A stretch of DNA of 64,000 bases, taken from positions 272,616 through 336,615 of the forward strand of contig CAVZJB010000009.1 in the NCBI GenBank assembly GCA_963775425.1. The letters run 5' to 3'. Below the pieces are notes generated by a model. The model searched no databases. It worked only from the letters and a program-made list of their open reading frames with translations, and was not told the DNA's origin. How positions within the stretch are numbered: position 1 is the stretch's first letter; each line of letters begins with the position of its first letter. This document shows, piece by piece, positions 59,722 to 64,000 of this stretch. The translations under genes and the position numbers were made by a program. Source of the stretch: an uncultured delta proteobacterium. GTDB taxonomy: Bacteria; Myxococcota; UBA727; VGSZ01.

Positions 59722-59989
59722 CATACGCGCGCTGCGCGGCCTGCGCCGACGACGCGCGGCCGAGCTGCTCCCGCAGCGTCCGCTCCGCCGCGCCGGCGGC
59801 GACGGTGCACGCGTGGACGAGCCGGAGCAGCACCGTCCGGTCCTCGAGCGTGAGGCGGCAGAGGCCGGCCTGCGCGCACGCGGTGGTCGCGGCCTCGAGC
59901 GCTTCGCCCGCACCGACGACGTCGCCCTCGGCGAGCTTCTGCTGTGCGTGCGCGAGCCGATCGCGCAGGTGCTCCTCGACGCGCGTCAT
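59693..59989 (-). CDS. Hypothetical helical protein downstream of fliS (possibly FliT-like)
   Basis: ATG overlaps the fliS stop (ATGA). 98 aa. Confidence 0.35.
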   Translation of the reverse strand: MTRVEEHLRDRLAHAQQKLAEGDVVGAGEALEAATTACAQAGLCRLTLEDRTVLLRLVHACTVAAGAAERTLREQLGRASSAQAAQRAYVSAPRAPRG

Positions 59990-60366
59990 GGTTGCGGTCG
60001 CCCGGCGCGCGCGACCGCCTCTTCGAACGCCTCGGCGATCGGGTTGAAGGTGCGACGCGCGTCGTCGAGGGCGGCGCGGTCGCCGCGCAACGAGACGTAG
60101 AGCCGGGTGAGAACGAAGCCGTAGACGTCGTCGAGCATGGTGCACAGCTCGGGGGCCTTCGACGGATCGAGCGTGGACCGGAGCTCGTGCACGATGTCGA
60201 TGGCCTTGCGCACCGGCGTCGCCGCCTGCGCGGCGCGACCGAGGGCGAGCTCGCCGTCGGCGAGGAACATCTGCTTGCGCGCACCCGCGAGCAAGAGGAG
60301 CAGCACGCGCTCCTTCGACGCAGTGGCCGTCTGAGTTTCTTGATAGCGCGCCGACGGCAACATCAC
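59986..60366 (-). CDS. fliS: Flagellar export chaperone FliS
   Basis: YQETQTATASKERVLLLLLAGA...IVHELRSTLD pattern typical of FliS. 126 aa. Confidence 0.75.
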   Translation of the reverse strand: MMLPSARYQETQTATASKERVLLLLLAGARKQMFLADGELALGRAAQAATPVRKAIDIVHELRSTLDPSKAPELCTMLDDVYGFVLTRLYVSLRGDRAALDDARRTFNPIAEAFEEAVARAGRPQP

Positions 60367-61700
60367 CCACCTCCGTTGTTCTTGCTCGCGGTCTCCTGGC
60401 TGGTGAGGAAGTTGCCGATGGCCTTCAGGCCGCTCAGCACCTTCTCCATCGCCGCGAACTGCGCGACGAGTCGCGCGCGGTACTGATCCGCGCGGTCCTG
60501 CAGTTGCGTGATCTGATCGCCGACGCGCTTCTTCTTGTCCGCGAGGCCCTGGCTGCGCACCGTGAGCGCGCCGTTGACCGAGTCGGTGAACGCGTTGACG
60601 AGGTCGTCGGCGGCGGGCTTGAGCCCGGCGAGGATGCGATCGGCGGCGCCGGGATCCGACGCGACCGCCTTGTCGAACGCCGCGTCGTCGATGGTGACCT
60701 TGCCGTCGCGGTCGCTCTTGAGCCCCAGGTCCGCGAGCGTACGCATCCCGGTCGAGCCCACCGCCGTCGTCAACAGCGCCTGCATGCGCGCCTGCACCAG
60801 GCGCATGGTGGGGTCGCCGCCGAGGGTCTTCGTGCGGTCCGTGTTGGCGTGGATGTCGAGCTCACCCTGCACCGCGCCGACGATGGTGTTGTAGGCGTCG
60901 ACGAGCTTCTGCAGCGAGGCTTTGGTCTGGTCGCCGTCGTCGGCGATGACGATGTCCTCGGGACCGGTGCTGACCTGTTTGAGCGAAAGCGTGGCGCCGG
61001 GGAGGGCGTCGTCGATCTCGTTGGTGCGGCGCTCGAAGGCGAGGCCGTCGAGGGTGAGCTTGGCGTTTTGCGCCGTCACCACCGTCGAGAAGCCGAGCGC
61101 GTCGGCGGTGGTCCCCGAGAGCGTGAGGGCGCTGTCGGGCGTGGAGCCGACCTCGAAGCCCGACGTCGTGCGCGCCACGCTCAGGTAGTCGCTGGTGCCG
61201 TCGTTGAGGACGTTGGCGGTGACGGGCGCGCCGCTCGCGCGGATGGCGGAGGCGAGGTCACCGAGGCTCATGCCGTCGGTCACGTCGATGTCGTAGCCGG
61301 TGCCGTCGGCGTCGATGTGCAGCGTGCCTGCCGACAGGAGGGCCGACGTGCTCTGCGCCGCGCTCCGGCTCTTGGCCGCTTGCGCGAGCTGCGAGACCTC
61401 GAGGGTGGTGCGGCCGGCGCTCGCGCCGGGGGACGCGGTGACGTCGGCGGCGGCGGGCGCCTGCGCGACGCGCGCGCCGTGCGCGCCGGTGTCGACGAGA
61501 CCGTGGAGCGCGGTCTGGAAGGCGAGGAGGTTCGAGCGGAGCGACCCGATCGACGAGATCTGCACGTCGATGGCGGTCTGGCTCTGCTGGAGGGTGGCGA
61601 TCGGCTTGCTTTGCAGAGAGACGAGCTGATCCACGATGGACGCGGTGTCGATCCCGGACGCGAGGCCGCTCGCTTGGAATGACGGAATCGTCGTGGACAT
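60363..61700 (-). CDS. fliD: Flagellar filament capping protein FliD
   Basis: N-terminal SGLASGIDTASIVDQLVSLQSKPI and FliD-type C-terminal coiled coil. Confidence 0.75.
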   Translation of the reverse strand: MSTTIPSFQASGLASGIDTASIVDQLVSLQSKPIATLQQSQTAIDVQISSIGSLRSNLLAFQTALHGLVDTGAHGARVAQAPAAADVTASPGASAGRTTLEVSQLAQAAKSRSAAQSTSALLSAGTLHIDADGTGYDIDVTDGMSLGDLASAIRASGAPVTANVLNDGTSDYLSVARTTSGFEVGSTPDSALTLSGTTADALGFSTVVTAQNAKLTLDGLAFERRTNEIDDALPGATLSLKQVSTGPEDIVIADDGDQTKASLQKLVDAYNTIVGAVQGELDIHANTDRTKTLGGDPTMRLVQARMQALLTTAVGSTGMRTLADLGLKSDRDGKVTIDDAAFDKAVASDPGAADRILAGLKPAADDLVNAFTDSVNGALTVRSQGLADKKKRVGDQITQLQDRADQYRARLVAQFAAMEKVLSGLKAIGNFLTSQETASKNNGGG

Positions 61701-61778
61701 GGCGCTCTCCAAGAGGGGTGAACGAGGACGAAGCCGCCGCACGGATCACCCGGGTCCGTGCGGCGGCTTCAGGAGCGC

Positions 61779-62645
61779 TCAGCCGAGGAGCTTGAGGGCG
61801 AGCTGGGGCGCCTGGTTCGCCTGGGCGAGCACCGAGACGCCGGCCTGCACGAGGATCTGCGCGCGGCTCATCTCCGCCGTCTCCGAGGCGACGTCGACGT
61901 CGCGGATGCGGCTGTTGGCGGCGGACACCGACTCGGACGCGCTGGCGATGGTCGACAGCGCGCTCGTGAGGTGGTTGGCGGAGGCGCCGAGGTCGGCGCG
62001 GAAGCCGGAGACCTCGTTGATGGCCTGGTCGATGACCGCGAGCGCGGACTGCGACTGCGTCGCGCTGGTGGCGAGGTCGGCCGCGCCGCCCGTCTTCAGG
62101 GTCGCGATCGCCGAGCCGCCGCCGCCGGTGCCGAGGGCCGCCGTGGTGACCGCCATGCCGGTGGTGTCCACCTTGATGACGTCGTTGGCGGTGCCGCGGA
62201 TGCCGACCTGGAACTGGAACGCCGCCGCGGCGCCGTAGACCTTCACGCCGTTGAACTCGGTGGTGGCGCCGATGCGGTCCACCTCGGCGAGCAGCGAGTC
62301 CGCCTCGCTCTGGATGTAGCCCCGCTCGGTGGTGCCGATGCCGTCCGAGGCCGACTGCATGGCGAGCTCGCGGACGCGGGTGAGGATGTTGGTCACCTCG
62401 TTGAGCCCTGCCTCGGCGGTCTGCGTGACCGAGATGCCGTCGTTGGCGTTGCGCGAAGCCTGGTCATAGCTCTTGAGCTGCGCGGTCATGTTCGCGCTCA
62501 CGCCGAGGCCGGCTGCGTCGTCGGACGCCTTGGTGATGCGGTAGCCGGAGGAGAGCTTGGCGAGCGAGGAATCGAGCGAGCTCTGATTCATCATCAAGCT
62601 GTGCTGCGCGGCGAGGGACGAGAGGTTGCTGCGGATGGACATCAT
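61779..62645 (-). CDS. fliC: Flagellin
   Basis: Conserved flagellin N-terminal (RIxSAxDDAAG) and C-terminal (LAQANQ..LALKLLG) helices. AAGGAG RBS. Confidence 0.9.
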   Translation of the reverse strand: MMSIRSNLSSLAAQHSLMMNQSSLDSSLAKLSSGYRITKASDDAAGLGVSANMTAQLKSYDQASRNANDGISVTQTAEAGLNEVTNILTRVRELAMQSASDGIGTTERGYIQSEADSLLAEVDRIGATTEFNGVKVYGAAAAFQFQVGIRGTANDVIKVDTTGMAVTTAALGTGGGGSAIATLKTGGAADLATSATQSQSALAVIDQAINEVSGFRADLGASANHLTSALSTIASASESVSAANSRIRDVDVASETAEMSRAQILVQAGVSVLAQANQAPQLALKLLG

Positions 62646-62828
62646 GGCGGGGCTCCTTCTTTCTGCTGAGCATTTCGTTCGTGTGTGCTCACGGAGAGGT
62701 TCGTCACGGCGCGGGCCCTGATTAAGATCTGCGTCGCCGGATCAACCCGCGCGGACGAATTCGCCGCACAAAAGAGCGCAAGGACGGAGCGAGCCCCGTC
62801 CTCATCACCGCGGCGCGGACCCGCGGGG

Positions 62829-63708
62829 TCACAGCTTGTCGAGGATGGTGAGCTGGAAGCTCTTGGCGCTCACGGTCAGCGCGGCGTCGAGCGAGCGCTC
62901 GGCGAACGCGAGAATCCGTCGCCGCCTTCGCGATGTCGGCGTCGGTCAGGCCGGCGCGCCTGCCGTCGGCCGCGTCCGCCACGTCGCCCGCGGCGGTCTG
63001 CGCGGCGTCCAGGCCGAGCTCGATGCCGCCGGCGTCGGCGCGGCCGGCGCCGACCTGCGCGATGCCCGAGCGCAGCGTGTCGATGCTCGCGCGCAGCCCC
63101 GTGGTGTCGTTGGTGGACAGCGCGGTGGCCAGGTCGCCGAGGGCCTGGAGGACGTCGACGCCGCCGCCGGCGCCCTTGATGACGACGTCGGCGCGCACGG
63201 ACACGCCCTGCACCACGCCGGGCGCGACCTCGATCTGCCGGACGCCGGCGTCGCCGGTGTAGCTGCCGTCGGCCTGGAACGGGGCCGCGTTGTCGACGGT
63301 GCCGCCCATGACGAAGCGGCCGCCGACGTCGATGTTCAACGCGCTCACGGCTTCGGCCAGCATCTGCGTCGCCTGGCTCGCGGCGCTCGCGCGATCCGCG
63401 CTGTTGTAGGTGCCGTTCGACATCTGGATCGCGAGCTGCTGCGCGCGCGAGAGCGTGTTGATCACCGACGACAGCGCGCCGTCGGCGGCGTTGACGTCGT
63501 CAAGCGCCCGTGACGTCGTGGTCGAGATGCCCGAAGCGCGCACCGCGGCGAAGCGCTCGCGCGCGATCTGCCCCGCGGAGTCCGTCTCCCAGGGGTGCCG
63601 CACGGAGACGCCGGTGGAGGCGCGGTCGGTGGCCTTCTCGTAGCGCTCGCGCGCGGTCTGCGTCGCGGCGTTCGCGTTGGCGAAGATGGAGCTATCAGTG
63701 ACGCGCAC
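62829..63708 (-). CDS. flgL: Flagellar hook-associated protein 3 FlgL, frameshifted near the 3' end in this sequence
   Basis: N-terminal STGVSVRHPWETD motif. After ...DADIAKAATD the frame degenerates. Deleting one A/T at about 62907 (GAGAATCC) restores ...LAFAERSLDAALTVSAKSFQLTILDKL*. Confidence 0.65.
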
Positions 63709-63711
63709 GGG

Positions 63712-64000
63712 CTACCTCAACTCCAGGAGGCCTTTGAGCATGTCGTCCGCCGTGGACAACACCTTGCCCACGGCGTCGAACACGCGCTGCGCCTTCGTCA
63801 TCTCGATCATCTCTTCGTCGATGGAGACACCCGACGCCGACTCGCGCAGGGACAACAGTTGATCGCGCGCGGCCGCCGACGCGTCGCGCTCGCTGAGCGC
63901 GCTCCTGGCGACGGCGCCGAAGTCGTCGATGGCGGAGGCGACCGTGCTCACGGTGGCGTCCTCGCCGGCGAGGAGCGCGAGCGCCTGGCTGCCGTCGCCT
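63712..64000 (-). CDS. flgK: Flagellar hook-associated protein 1 FlgK, C-terminal part (5' end beyond the window)
   Basis: C-terminal SGVSIDEEMIEMTKAQRVFDAVGKVLSTADDML is typical of FlgK. The frame is open to the window end. Confidence 0.65.
   Translation of the reverse strand, partial: GDGSQALALLAGEDATVSTVASAIDDFGAVARSALSERDASAAARDQLLSLRESASGVSIDEEMIEMTKAQRVFDAVGKVLSTADDMLKGLLELR

Overview
This is a very high-GC (~70%) bacterial chromosomal segment. The gene content looks Myxococcota-like: a Myxococcus-type cysteine-rich repeat protein, many secreted lipoproteins with Gly-Glu (GEGEGE) linkers, and a very high coding density. Many of the six-frame ORFs are Arg-rich alternate-frame artefacts and were ignored. 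Coordinates I derived myself (internal starts, frameshift positions) were read off 60-nt lines by hand and may be off by 1-3 nt.

Supported content, in order along the window:
- 1-4.2 kb: the 3' end of a GT39/ArnT-like glycosyltransferase gene, two membrane-protein genes, and a methionine-salvage pair (mtnB, mtnD).
- 4.3-12.4 kb: a lipoprotein with three tandem ~240-aa repeats, a hypothetical protein, a TSP3-repeat lipoprotein, and a calpain-like cysteine protease operon.
- 12.4-16.2 kb: an acyl-CoA ligase gene carrying a frameshift, a secreted protein, and a decayed IS5/IS1182-family transposase fragment.
- 16.4-19.6 kb: a di-heme cytochrome c peroxidase, a Tat-secreted metallophosphoesterase and a cytochrome c lipoprotein, read as one operon.
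- 19.6-23.6 kb: a DUF1178 protein, a hypothetical protein, a beta-helix lipoprotein and a second TSP3-repeat lipoprotein.
- 23.7-29.0 kb: a GIY-YIG nuclease gene (frameshifted) and sbcDC, with the frameshift in sbcC.
- 29.1-33.8 kb: an operon of unknown-function genes that includes a VWA-domain lipoprotein.
- 33.8-40.5 kb: a purine-catabolism cluster with HIU hydrolase, an allantoicase-OHCU decarboxylase fusion, allantoinase, a PuuD-like DUF989 membrane protein fused to a blue-copper cupredoxin domain, and an SCO1-like copper chaperone.
- 40.5-55.1 kb: an uncharacterised NRPS-centred biosynthetic locus (formyltransferase-A-T-TE NRPS, AsnB-like amidotransferase, heme-oxygenase-like di-iron enzyme, GNAT, CitE-like enzyme, DUF3419 protein, ABC exporter, D-2-hydroxyacid dehydrogenase). 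A MITE-like inverted-repeat element sits between its convergent stop codons.
- 55.1-59.7 kb: a beta-propeller/di-heme cytochrome c lipoprotein, a GT2 glycosyltransferase, and a secreted protein with a fibrinogen-related domain.
- 59.7-64.0 kb: a flagellar cluster (fliS, fliD, fliC, flgL, and flgK running off the window).

The most striking pattern is that fadD-like, GIY-YIG, sbcC and flgL each carry a +1 frameshift, and in every case the extra A/T sits inside what would otherwise be GATC (giving GAATC or GATTC).
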